A stretch of DNA of 63,938 nt, the filler included, from Basidioascus undulatus (taxonomy: Eukaryota): the NCBI GenBank assembly GCA_000826855.1. It is 5 parts of 5 records of this genome, joined end to end, with 100 filler letters (N's around TTAATTAATTAA, not from the genome) between each part and the next. Parts side by side here need not be neighbours in the genome. Positions count along the whole stretch, not along the records: positions 39,617 to 52,711 come from JTLS01000845.1; positions 52,812 to 63,938 come from JTLS01001042.1; 3 more parts are not named here. One strand, given 5' to 3'. Both the position numbers and the translations under genes were made by a program. Below, piece after piece: positions 41,010 to 53,158 of this stretch; within the stretch, counting starts at the first letter, position 1, and the number at the start of each line of letters is the position of its first letter. The notes beneath the pieces were generated by a model. It searched no databases. It worked only from the letters and a program-made list of their open reading frames with translations, and was not told where the DNA came from.

Positions 41010-41485
41010 GCTGGGATGGTGAACGGCGGAGGGCAAGAGAGAAGACGCGACTCGCCCGAGCTGGGGTTCCTTGACGACGCTCGAGCATGTTCTTTATTTC
41101 ACTTTGCACTGACTTGTTCAGACTCTTCATACTTCGTTTTTTTTTACATTATATTGTCTGCACCGTCGCACTCGGATTCTAACACATCGCCTCAGCGTGA
41201 GCGAGAACGACGATAAGGCAACCTGCGCTGCCTTCCTCCCTCAGCTTCTTCATGCTGCTGCCCTTCTCTGCGCTACTATATTATGAGGATTTTCTCTGTC
41301 CCCATCACATGCATTCTTCCAAGTTCACAACTTCAAACGCCGACCAGGCTTCGTTGGAAGCTGTTCACCCAAAGTGGAGGCACCCTATCGCCCCGATTCT
41401 CACGCCCTGATCTCCTCATCATCCTCATCAACATCCTCCTCTCGTTCTGGTTCTCCTCGTACACCCAACTCACGACTCGCACAGC

Positions 41486-42535
41486 ATGGCCGCCGCCACC
41501 GCCCGACCAGCCCTGTCCGTCTGGGTAGACTACGTCTGTCCCTTCTGCTTACTCGCTGAGGAGGCAGTGTTCAAAGGTCCGTCTTCCCTACCTCCCTTCC
41601 TCCCTTCCTCCCCTTCCATTTCCCCGTCCTCCCACTTTCCCCCTCCCACTTTCCCCCTCTCCTCCCTCTTACCCACCTTTCTCGCTATTTCCGTCCTTCC
41701 CTCCTCCTCCCTTCCCCCCTCCCCGACCTCCCTAAAGCAATGACTGACGCTGCCCCGCCCGCAGTCGCCCAATCCCACTCCCTCCCCATCACCTGGCAGC
41801 CCTTCGAGCTCCGCCCCTTCCCCACACCCACGCTAAAACCCGAAGACCCGTATCTCCCCACCGTCTGGGCGCGGAGCGTCTACCCTAGTGCAGAGCGCTT
41901 GGGGGTGCCCATCAGGCTGCCCAGTGTGTCGCCGCAGCCTTATACGCACACGGCTTTCGAGGGTGCGCTTCCCTGACCTCTTCTTGTTCCTCCTTCGCTT
42001 CCTCTTCCTCCGCTTTGGGTTACTTATGATTGATGACGGGCGGGTAACAGGATTCCAGTACGCAGACAAGCACGGCAAAGGCACAGAGTGGACGATGGGG
42101 ACCATGCGCGCGTTCTTCCAACAAGACCGGGACATCGGGAAGATCGACGAGGTACGTCCACTCTTCATATTCTTCCCGCCTTTCATTCCTCCCTTCCCTC
42201 GACCTTACCCCAGCTGAACCCTCCAACCGGGGCAGCTCGTCGACATCGGCCGCTCCATAGGCCTCGACCCGGCCGAGCTGCGCCAGGCGCTGGAGGACAG
42301 GCGGTATCAGCAAGCGCATGTCGAGGCGCGCGAGAAGTGCGTTCTCCCGTTAATCCTTTGCTTTTCTACAGCTAGAAAATAAACTGATGGAATACTGGGC
42401 GGGACTGGTAGGGCTTACGCCCGCGGCGTCCGCGCGGTGCCGACGATCGAGTTCAAGGGGCGCGTCTTTTCGGGCGTGCCGAGTGTGGGGGAGCTGGAGG
42501 GGTTTGTGAGGGAGGGGCTGGGGGAGGGGAAATAG
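41486..42535 (+). CDS. DsbA/FrnE-family thioredoxin-fold oxidoreductase (bacterial YwbO-like); 5 exons
   Basis: SVWVDYVCPFCLLAE (CxxC), WQPFELRPFPTPTLKPEDPYL, SVYPSAERLGVPIRLPSVSPQPYTHTAFEG, RAFFQQDRDIG and GVRAVPT (cis-Pro). Four GT-AG introns; TAG at 42533-42535. Confidence 0.9.
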
Positions 42536-43734
42536 ATTGGAGGGGATGAAACTGTGCGGGAGTGTGCGGGACTAGATGGCGTTGTGCGCTTGCCTGCCCT
42601 TGGTGAGAGCTTCGTTGAAGCTGCATGAGGGTTTTCTCAGTGGGTTGAATAGTCTACTTACACTCGCAGCAAGACATTTTCAGCCGCTCTGAAAGTCGAT
42701 TCTGTTCGGACTTCAGAGGCTCGTGGTGCGCCTGCTCCTCTGCCGGCCGTGGGCGAGCGGCGGCGATGCAAAGGTACTGCACTGGAACTGACGACAGGTA
42801 GAGAATGGCAATTAATCTGACTTTCCTACTGTCCCGAAATTACGCTTTGAATACTGCAAGCTGGAAAGCACCCCATGTGCAAGTTCAGGGCTGTTCAGTC
42901 GGAAACTGTTGGTCCTTAGGCGGAATCAGGGACCCTCCAGCTCCTCGAAAGCGACAAGATAACCAAGACCAAAATTCAAGCTGCTCACTGAACCCAAGTC
43001 TAGGCGCACGGTTCGTGAAAGGGAAGAGATGAGCGGTCCGGTTTCGACCGCGATGTTGCATCGGTGGAGAGAAGACCACCGTGACTCAGTGGACAAGTAC
43101 ACGGCGCATTGTCTTCCCCGCCCGAACACGAGATACCGGTGGTCGAGGTTTATTGTAAAAATAAAACAAAGACAGAAATGATGTGTGGTCTCCTGGTAGA
43201 GCGGATGACGCGTCATCGGCTTCCAGATTTGCTGCGTCGTCGCTTCGCTGTCCTTCACACGTTCCTATGCGACTGCCTGTACTCGAGTGAAACTCACTCG
43301 CCTAGGATGTGGTAAAGCCGAGAACCATCAATAAAATTCCTCCAGGACAGTGGGTGATATTTTCAATAAGCCTCCCCAACTTTCGTACGGTGCTGAACGT
43401 CAGCGACCTGGCGTATTCCCTCATGCACCCGCCCAGCCCATTCAACTGAATGGTCTCTCCGCGACAACCGGACCCGACTTTCACTATCAATCACACACTC
43501 CGAAACGACCTCACATACGCGGCAATGCATGCACAAGCTATCTGTTGACGAGCAAAAGAACAGACAGAGATTCCGACCAGCGGGAGAAAGGAACCAGGGC
43601 GCCCTGCGCCATTCCAGTCTCAAAGGAAAACACGTCAAGCAGCAGCGGGAGCAGCACCGCATTCTTCACTCGGTCGGGAGGCGGGTTAGACGCGGACGAC
43701 AGGACCTGGTCCAGCCAGGCCTGCCACGGCGGCC

Positions 43735-46700
43735 TCACCAGCTGAACATCCTGTGAGACTGCAGGTGAGCTGGAGCATGTGGAGGAGGGGGAGAAGGAGA
43801 GGATTACACACTCGGAGTGGATATGCACCCCCCCAACGTCCTTCATTAGCCCCGTGTCGAGCCCCCCCACGGCCGCGCGGACGCTGCGGACGACAGGCGC
43901 GGGCCCGCACACGCCGACGCTGACGCCGTGCGGGCAGCCCTCTTTGCGGGCGGAGGTCACGACACCCTGGAGGGATACCGATATTAGGAGTGGGTAAAGG
44001 GAATGGAGGGAGGGAGGGAAGAGGAACCTCGATGATCGCTGCGATGGAGGGCCGCTGGGAGTAGAAGTGCGCGTACTTGTGCGGAAGGAGGTCGGAGAGG
44101 TTGGGCCCGCGGGAAGGAGGGCGAGTGATCTATGAGGGGGGCGGGGGAGGTGATTGGTCAGTCGGAGTGTCCGCAGGAAGACTCGAGAAAGAGTAAAAGG
44201 GAGTGTACGTAGACAGAGAAGTGCAGCTCGATCGGCGAAGTTTCAGCCTCGACAAGGAGGTCGTTCAGCTCGTCCTCGAACACCTCGAAAGTGGCTGTAT
44301 GATCGAAAAGGACATTATCAGCCCTGCCGTTGGAAGCGTGGACCAGGAACTTAGGAGGACGTACCGACATCCCGAACGACCCAAACGATCTCGAGCATCT
44401 CGGTGCGGCACTTATTGCGTTTGCTCAGCCGGATGAGGTCCTCCGCGCAGGACAGCGCGAAGGACAGCCCCGAGCCGGCGGCGAGGAGGAGGACGGAGGT
44501 AGAAGTGCCGAATGAGGTGTACATGGGTCCGCCTGTGTAAAGTGAAGGCAGGATATGTCAGATCTGTTTCCTGAGTAGCTAAATTGCGCGAAGGAAACGG
44601 ACCGTAGGGGCCCTCGACTATCAATCGAGGTCAAACGAAGTCAGCGCCTTGTCTTCCCCTTCCAGTTCAAAAGCTACTCACCCCAAACCCTCGTTGTAGC
44701 CGCAAACGAAGTCTTCTCTCCCCTCGACGCGCCCTTGCGGGTCTCAGCGAGCTCAATAAGCCGGCCAGTCCAGTCCCCAGCGCTCTTGACGACGAGGCGG
44801 AGGCCGTCCTCGCCCCCTGCGGCGCTCGCAATAGTGATCGGGTGCTTCTCGATGACCGCGCCCCCGAGGATACCACCGAGGCCGTGCACGCGGAGATAGA
44901 CTGCGAGGGGCGGAAATCGTCAGGTAAAGACAGGCTGGAATGAGGGCGGAAGAAGACATACGGTGCTGGCCGGGCTCCTGTAAGGCGGGGATGACGGACG
45001 TTACCAGAGGAGATACGATTAGTAGAAGGGAGAGTGGGACACACCCAGCCACCGCGGATGGAGGGGATCGTCAACGTCGTGTAGCCAGCTTGGGAGTGCG
45101 GGCGGATGTGCGCGGTTGCGATGCGAGTGCGGGCGGCTCGGAGCACCAGGTCAACTGGGCCAGAGATGTCAGTCAACTTGGCGTCTTCTGGGGTGGAAAC
45201 GTAGAGGGGGAAAGATTGACGGAAAGCTTACGGGAGTAGGCGACAATGCAGGGGATGATGAACCAGTTCACGGAAGGAACGCTGAAAGGAAAGAGGGTTA
45301 CAGAAAGCGCGGGGGAGTACCTAGGATAAAGACGGACTGGTAGCAGACGGCGACCTGAAAAAATGATTATCGTTGTCAGACGCGTGCGACGAAAGACAGC
45401 GACTGCGAGCGCTTACGAGGAACATCCAGAAGCCCACCAGCTGTCTCCCGCGCTCATCAGTCTCGTGTTGCTCACGATCGTCGATCTGAGATTATAAGAG
45501 AAACACACATGGCTGTACCCTGCATTTCCAAGTTTTCAAGTCAGGACGCGTTGACGCACTCGGACGAAGGTGAACGTACAGAATAGTGAGTACGCATGGC
45601 GCCTAAAGAACGGGATCGACAGCGCGGCGCTGCATCAAGGACCCAGGGAATCAGACATGTTTACCATCTCGATTGGAAGTTTTGAGACGTACGTGAGCAG
45701 GATCCCGAACTCGGCAATGACCGCGGCCTGGTTGCTCGGGTACAGAAGCTTCTTCATGATCGTGTTGGACTTGATCCACATGTTCACTATACGACGAGGT
45801 ATGATCGGAGGTGCTATTATGGTTAGATTCATGTAGCGAGGATGGCTTGTAGATGAAATGAAAGTACGGACGGAAGCCGATGGTGTGGATGAGGCTGAAG
45901 ATGAAGGAGAGGCGGCCGAGACTGTTGGACGCCACCCATACTTCAGCATCCCGGAAAAAAACAATCAGGATACTATTTTGTACAGGCGATGAAGGGTGTT
46001 GAGCTGATTCAAACAGCCAGTCAGTCCGCGTCTTCTCAGAATACCAATTGGAGAGAAGCCCGAGGCTCACCTTCTCGTAACCCCATCCCCCCATAGCGCC
46101 AACAATACTACCTCGCGTCATCAGAACGAGACTCCCCCACCTCGATTTGAAAGGATGCCCACGAGTTCTTCAGCCCCAGCCCCACAATAGCCGGACAGAG
46201 TGCTACCGAGATCCACCCGCTGCGGCGGGGGGAGTCGAGCTGGTTGATGTTGCCCCATGCGAGGACTACGACGGAGCTGTGGGTAGGATTCTTCCTGAGC
46301 TGACACTTTTTGGGATGCGGAGAAAAGAGAGGGGATCTTACGCTGCCAGAGAGACTGCGAGGATAAACGCTTGTGCGAGCGTGATTGAAACGCCCGGAAG
46401 CCTGGCCCATGCCCGTCTCAGCTCCTTCGCCTCGCCCCCTTTTAATGTGAACCTCAGATACGCACGGCGTGTGAGCCAGCGGGCGAACAGGCGCGATAGC
46501 GCGCAAGAAGCCAGATGGCTTGGGCTTGCGCCCCGCGACCCTGTAAAGGGCGTAGGTCGGAAGGGGTGCGTTGGTGCGGTCAACCGAGCCGCGGCGGAAG
46601 AAGGAGGAGCGGATAAGGCCCCCGTTGATCAGCCAGCTGCAGATGGTCGGGAGACGAAGAAAGAAGGCGACCTGTAATCAGGTGGTCAACGACGTCTTCG

Positions 46701-46829
46701 CGTCTTCCTCGAGACGCTCGATATGAGGGTGGTACACACGCCAAGGAGAGCAGCGAAGAAGTAGTTCAAGTACAGAGAAAGCTGGAAGCCGGACGGCCCA
46801 TCAGGAGCGGTGGCGTGGCCCGCCGCCAT
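43735..46829 (-). CDS. Ferric/cupric reductase (FRE/NOX family); multi-exon
   Basis: RRSGWISVALCPAIVGLGLKNS, GWGYEK, LGRLSFIFSLIHT, FAD-binding HPITIASA and VKSAGDWT, IEGPYG, NADPH-binding VGVCGP, C-terminal VHIHSE-MFSW*. Confidence 0.88.
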
Positions 46830-48376
46830 GGTCGCTCAGGGATTGGGCGTGTCTTGTCGTGCTGATTTGAGCGAGTGTGGGAGATTGCGAAAGATCGAGA
46901 AGCCGAATGAACAGCTGAAAGAGGTACCAAGAGAATGATCGGAGAGGAAAGGGCGTGTACAGAGGAGGGAACTTGGAAAAACCGGAAAGTGGAATAAGTC
47001 AGAGAAAAGTGCGGCCTGCGCAACGAGGATGAGGACGACGGGGGCTGGAGTGGAGTGGAAAGAGAAGAAGGGGGAGCGGGTCGGTCTCTGATAGTTGATT
47101 TCCCCGGCGGAGCCGTCTCAATTCCGTGAAAGAGCACGGCAGAGCCGCTGCGGAAAACTTGAGTGCCACACGTCGTAGACGGAGCACCCCCGACGCTCGT
47201 CAGAAGTTTTCCTGGACACTGCGCCGCGGGCTGTTGATACGAAAGTACTGGGAACCTCAAAGCAATATCAAAAGGGTTATGTCGATGCGTAGCCTGAAAT
47301 AAACAACCTCGTGATATCATCTGCGTTTCGGAACAAAAGACAAGGGAAGAGAAGAGCGGCTTCTTTGTGCCCATTGACTGAGACGCAGCGGGCCGCCCTG
47401 TCTGGAAGGGGCAGCGCTGTCATCGGGGAAATGAAGCAGGGTGCTTGGGGTGACGAGAGGCTGATGAGCGACTCTTTCATGTGCATGTCTAAGAAATGGT
47501 ATTATCAGCGTATGACTTTGAATCACCTCTAGGACGTAAAGTCGGTAAGGTGAGGTCATCCGTAGGCGCGGTGAAGCAAGAGCACAGCCGGGTGTAACAG
47601 AATCTGTCGCAGCGCAGCGGCGCTGAAACCTTTCCCAAAGACTTGCCTCTCTTGCCGGGTTTGACTGGGGATAGAATTTGTGTTCCCTAATACAGCACAC
47701 AGTGACGGTAAAGGCCTGTAACGAGCAATACAGTGACAATAATGGTTTGGTGGAAGGCACGAAGGACGCCCGTTGGACGATCAAAATGGCGGCAACTGCG
47801 TGTCGTGCTTGTGTCACGCAGCAATTCCTGATTCTAATACCTCCTTTGTGCATAAATAACCATGCATAATGGCCGTGGGAGACTCGAGAGTGGTGTTTGC
47901 TTGCTGTAAGGCACCCGGAATTGCGGCAGGGGTCAGCGATTCCGAGTTTATATGTCTGCTGATGAGAATCGCAGCTTGATGTTCCTTAATATTCTGAAAC
48001 ACTTTTGATAAAGGAAATGCTCAATCCACCTGATATGTACGCAAATCAGCGTAGTTGCTGAACACAAGCTCGAAGCAGGAACCGCTGTCGATACATCCTC
48101 TTTCATGGCGGTGGGACCTTGGTAGCTTAGCTGACAATGCACTCCAAATATCGGTAACGTCCACAGCAATGGTGAAATTTATATTATGTAGTATGCTTTC
48201 GGCAACTCCGAAAAAGGAGGCCAGTTGAGGACACAAGTCAGGCGGCACTTTCCGATGCAGTTAGGCGCCTTATCGACAGAACGACAGTTTTCGCTTCCGG
48301 GAAGCCTTCGTCCAAAGACCACAAAAAACATTCCTCTTATTTCCGCCAAGCAGAATGGTATCAATGCTCGCACAAG

Positions 48377-48598
48377 CTAAACCCGCGCTCGTACAACCGC
48401 TCGTTGACATCCTCCGTGATGTTCGAGCGCTCCTCCATAAGCTTCTCTATGCTGCTTAGCCTCCTCGACCGACATGAGCCACCGCGGACCCCCCTCTTCC
48501 TTGCGCTCCTCGTACGAAAGTTCTCGGACTTTCTCGCAGATGAGCTCGAAGACGTCCGCGGGCAGGCGGAAGCGCGAGAAACGCGCGCGCGGTTGCAT
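48377..48598 (-). CDS. F-box-like N-terminal segment of a hypothetical or degenerate gene
   Basis: MQPRARFSRFRLPADVFELICEKV fits the LP.E/D....I...V F-box start. Downstream exons are unresolved. Confidence 0.4.
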   Translation of the reverse strand: MQPRARFSRFRLPADVFELICEKVRELSYEERKEEGGPRWLMSVEEAKQHREAYGGALEHHGGCQRAVVRARV

Positions 48599-48959
48599 GC
48601 GGATCTCGCGAAACCGTCGTGAAACCGTCAGAACGTCGGATATGCACGTTCTCGGGTACGTAGGTAGCGGGTGGGGTGCGGTGTACGTAAAGGGGGACTG
48701 CGGTGGGACGTCGGACGTGGAGAGGATGCGCTTGGTGGGATCGACGAGGAAGAAGGCCAGGATCTTACGGTGGCCGGGCTTCGTACGGTCTGCGAGTGCA
48801 AACGGCGACAGGCCGTGTTACAGCCCGTTGGGGAAGCAGACGCAGCGCTCCTCGGGCGTCGACACACTGCCGAGGTACTGGTTGGCGGCACCAAGACGCC
48901 GTACAGGTGACTAGAGGTACACATTGCGCTGGATCCCAGTGTCCATGCATGATGAAAGC

Positions 48960-51130
48960 TTAGAGTGTGCCAAACCAAGGTGTTGCGTTGGCCAAAAATC
49001 TACCTCGAACTTTGCGAAAACAGTTTAAGGCTGAGGCGAGAAGAGATTCACACGGGCTTTCGCCACAAAACAGTACAGGCACGCAGATAGTGTGACGAGG
49101 GACTGGGGAATAGGAATGGTTCGACAAGTGTTGGTGGCTAAGGAGGTGCAAGCGGGTATGGAAAAGATGGTCTGCCCTCATGATCGTCCCACAGCCTCGC
49201 TATACGGGGAGTTTGGCGCAGCGCGCCGGCCAGCCATCGATCTGGTCCATGTGGTCGAGCAGGCGTTCGATGATGTCCATTGTACCCAGGCTCGAGTGCC
49301 AGGCTGCTGCCCCGGAACGCGTTACAAAGCGCGTCAGCAGCAGAATGTCCATGATGACCGCGACGCCGTTGTAGATGTACTGCGGCGCGTGGCGCAGGTC
49401 CATGGACGCGGCGGTGGAGATGAAGGCGCCATTGGCAAAGATGAGCTTCCTGCCTGCGATGCCGTACGAGCGCTTGCGGAATGAAAGCGCGAGAGACGAG
49501 GGCAGGAGGTGGATGGCGATGGTGAGGCGGGGCGCGAGGAAGCTGTGAATGTTGAACGAGCTGAGGAGAAGCAAGTCGAGGCATGCTTGATTGGACCAAA
49601 GGTCCCTGTAGGATGGAGTCAGCAGTTGATCACCCAAAACGTCAATGCCTGCACGATGCACCTCTCAGTCCCTCGGTCTCCGCTCTCCAGCTCTTCAAGA
49701 ACGCGTCAAACCTTTGAGAGCTTCAGCTCCTCTTTGCAGGGAGTTCCCCACAAACTTGCTGTGTTCAATGGTCCGAATCGCAGCAACAAACGCCTGCTGG
49801 CTCAACAAGGACCTTGTTCTCCAGCACGAGAACGTGATCTATAAAGTTGTGCGTTGTCGTAAGCGGGGAAGCGAGGTAACGCGGCGCAAAGATATCGTCG
49901 GCAGGTGGAGAGGGCATAGGCGGAATGAACAAATTGGGCGCGTAGAACATGCTCAAGCTGCAGGACGGTGGAGTGAGTTAGCTATTGCGAGCTTTGAAAT
50001 CCAGACAAATGAACATACAAGAGATCGAGGTTGCATAGACTGCATCACTAGATTGCGACGGAGACTATGAGTTCGAGTTGCGAAGGAGATTGGATGGAGG
50101 GCTGTTCCCTCCTTCAAATTGTGCACCCGTCCAACCCATTTCCACGCCCATAGCGACGGCGATCTTGACCAGCGCGTACGGCTCGTGCGTTCGGCGCGCC
50201 GACGTGTGGTCCTCGGGCGGGGACGGCGATGTCCCGACCAGTGCAACTGCAAGGAGTGCGAATATGTTGGCATATGACGGAGTGGGTTAGAGGCCGCCAG
50301 CTTGGAGATGGGATTCGAGAAGCGCGTGCAAGCGCTCGAGCGTGCAGGGACTGACGGGTGATGTCGGGTGGGCCGGCGAGAACTGCAGTATGGAGGAAGG
50401 CTCTGGAAGTGAGAGTGGCATTTGACGTAAAAGGCTGAAGAAAGTGGAGGTAGTATCGTGCAAACTTGCAGGAAAGGGGCATCAGCTCTGCTGTTAACAT
50501 TATCTTGACATGGTTCTGCGAAGACTACGCACATTTGTCGGCCATCCTCGTACGACTGTGTATTCTGCACCTGAAGTACAAATGACGCGGGCGTAGCCCA
50601 CATGAGAGAGTCCTCCTGTGCGTCATGGAGCGTGAAGCTCTCGCCGTAGTCAGGCGTCTCGACGGCGAGCGCTGAGGGCGGCCGCAGCGAGTCGTACGTC
50701 GACTCATCTAGCGTGTGCGGGACAGCGGACCTTCGCGGTAGACCGCGGGTGGGCAGGCGAGGCCAAGGCCAACATTGTGCGTCGCGAGAACGGCTTCAAC
50801 ATGAGCGAGGCGCTGCTTGATCGAGCTCAAGGTAGACGGCGCTGGCGGGCATGACAACGGTGGTTGTTCCTTCATCGTCACTTCATAAGTTGTTCGTGCG
50901 AGACCCGCATGGTGTTTCCGGCCAAGGGAGAATGCGACACTTGCCTTGACGGACCAGCAACCGCCGGCTGCACTGGCTTGGCTCCCGCACTTGACAGCAA
51001 CGTCTTCCTCCTCCAACGAACACCCAATCTGTAAGACAGAGCACCGGTGATACTCTCAGCCCCGTACTCGTCCTCGAGCTCGCAGCGCGACTTTTGCCTT
51101 ATGGCAACCGGGGCTGGACGAGCAGAGGTG
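48960..51130 (-). pseudogene. Degenerate Zn(II)2Cys6 fungal transcription factor
   Basis: Across two frameshifts the cluster reads GCHKAK-SRCELEDEYGA-EYHRCSVLQIGC, followed by the coiled coil LSSIKQRLAHVEAVL and helical TF-like segments with stops. Confidence 0.5.
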
Positions 51131-51662
51131 AGCGTCGGTAAGTTCCCGTACGGGAGTGAGCAAGATCGTGACGCGTGTGAAGTTCGAATTGAGAATCGAA
51201 TTGAGAATTGAGTTCGACATTGGACTTCTGCGTGAGTGGGTCAACAAGCATGGAATTCGACTTCGCAGGAGGTGGTTGGCAAACGAGTTATGTTACAGTT
51301 CGAAGTTCCTGTGTCGTCTCGCCGCCTCGCTCGCTCGATCAGATGGTCTTTTCGCTCCCCTCAGCCGGGTCGATTACTCCAGTGAACTTGAAATTGTTCA
51401 TTCAGCACATGTCTTTCGAATTATTATACTTTCATCATCCTTCTTCCTCAAAACACACGCGCCGCGCAGTCTGGCTCATTTCCCCCATCAAGCACGTGAA
51501 ACCGCGCGCTCAGTCAGCACGGCGCACTGCGTCTTCGCCATAACCTCTCCATCTTTCGTCTTCCCCTGCTCCCTTCCTCTTCACCCAGTTAACACACCCC
51601 TCACCCCTCACCCGGCAACCCTTTTCCTTCTTTCCCCATTCTCACCCTGAGCCCAACGCACG

Positions 51663-52711
51663 ATGGGCGCGCTCATGTCCACCGCGTCCGCGCCGCCCGC
51701 GCTCGACACGCTCCTCGTCACCAACATCTCCCTGCCCGACGCGCTGCTCGACCGGCTGAGGGGGCTGTTTAAGCATGTGCTTTATTATCCGGATGCGAAG
51801 GAGGTGCGTCTTCCCTCCCCATCCCCACCGACCTGCCTTCCTCCCTCCCCTGTCCTCCCTCTTTCCACTCGCCTTCCTCCACCCGCGACTCTAGAAACTC
51901 ACTCCGGCGGCGAAACGCAGATTGACCCCTCCGACCTCCGCCGCGCCACAGTCCTCTTCGGCTTCCCCCCCCTTCTCTCTTCACGCGCGGAAGTGCCCAA
52001 CCTGTCCTTCGTGCAGCTCACCTCTGCTGGTGCGGACCGCGCGCTGGAGAGTCCCATCTGGAAGGACCGGAGCAACCGGCCGAGGCTTGCGAGCGCGAGT
52101 GGGGTGCACACGGGGGCGATACCGCAGGTCCGTTGGAGCGAGGGGAGGGAGGGGAATGGGAAGAAGAGAGGGAGAGGGAAGGCTGATGCGAGACGGGGAT
52201 GGGTAGTATGTCATTGCGACGACGCTGGCACTGTTCCACAAGCTGCAGGAACAGATCTTGATCGCTCAGGTGAGCGCCCTTCCTTCCCTTGCCTTCCCCC
52301 GGGGCTAATCCCCTCCTCCCCAGAACGAACACCGCTGGGCGACGCGCGAAGAGATCGCGGGCGACGGATCGCCGCTGTTCATCCGCGAGCTGCGCGGTCG
52401 AACGTTTGGGGTGCTCGTGCGTCTTCACCAATCCCCCTCCTCCATCCCTCTCCCCTCTGCCTCTCCTTCCCCCCCCTTCCATTTCCTTCTCTTCCTGTCG
52501 CTCATCGCTCGCGCGCTCCGGATCGAAGGGATACGGCCATGTACGTCTTCCCCAGACAACCTGAAAAGAAGAAAGGGAGGAAGTATTGATGTGCTCGGGG
52601 GAAACCGCAGATCGGCCGCGAATCAGCCCGCCTCGCCACAGCCTTCGGCGCGCGCATCATCGCCGCCACGTCCGACGGGCTCCCCAAGAAGCAGGAGGGG
52701 TTCATCTTCCC
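51663..52711 (+). CDS. D-isomer-specific 2-hydroxyacid dehydrogenase; 3' end cut by the contig end
   Basis: VPNLSFVQLTSAGAD, LASASGVHTGAIPQ|YVIAT and RELRGRTFGVL|GYGH|IGRESARLATAFGARIIA (Rossmann GxGxxG split by introns). Confidence 0.88.
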
Positions 52712-52811
52712 NNNNNNNNNNNNNNNNNNNNNNNNNNNNNNNNNNNNNNNNNNNNTTAATTAATTAANNNNNNNNNNNNNNNNNNNNNNNNNNNNNNNNN
52801 NNNNNNNNNNN
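52712..52811. other. Artificial contig linker
   Basis: N44-TTAATTAATTAA-N44. Confidence 0.99.
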
Positions 52812-53158
52812 CTCTCCTTCTCCCCTGCATTTCTCTTTTTTTTCTTTTCTTTTTTATTTTTTTATAAAAAAAAATAAAAAAAAAAAAAAAGTCAGGCCAA
52901 GGGGCAGGGGAGCAGAGCCTTCTCTTCGAAGGCGAAGCCCATTAGGGGCAGGGAAGAAGAGCACTGCATTTTGAAGCCTTCCGGAGAGCAGGGAAGAGAG
53001 CAGCGCATCAAAATGCAAAGATGCAGAGAAAGCAAAGGGATGAGGGTGCCCTATAGGTATCCGATGACGGATCCGACTGGTGTGAGCCGGTCGGTTGTAC
53101 TCGCAGTACAGAACGGTGGCGAGTATGCTGAGTTGAGTGCGATGTTGCATGCCGTGTG

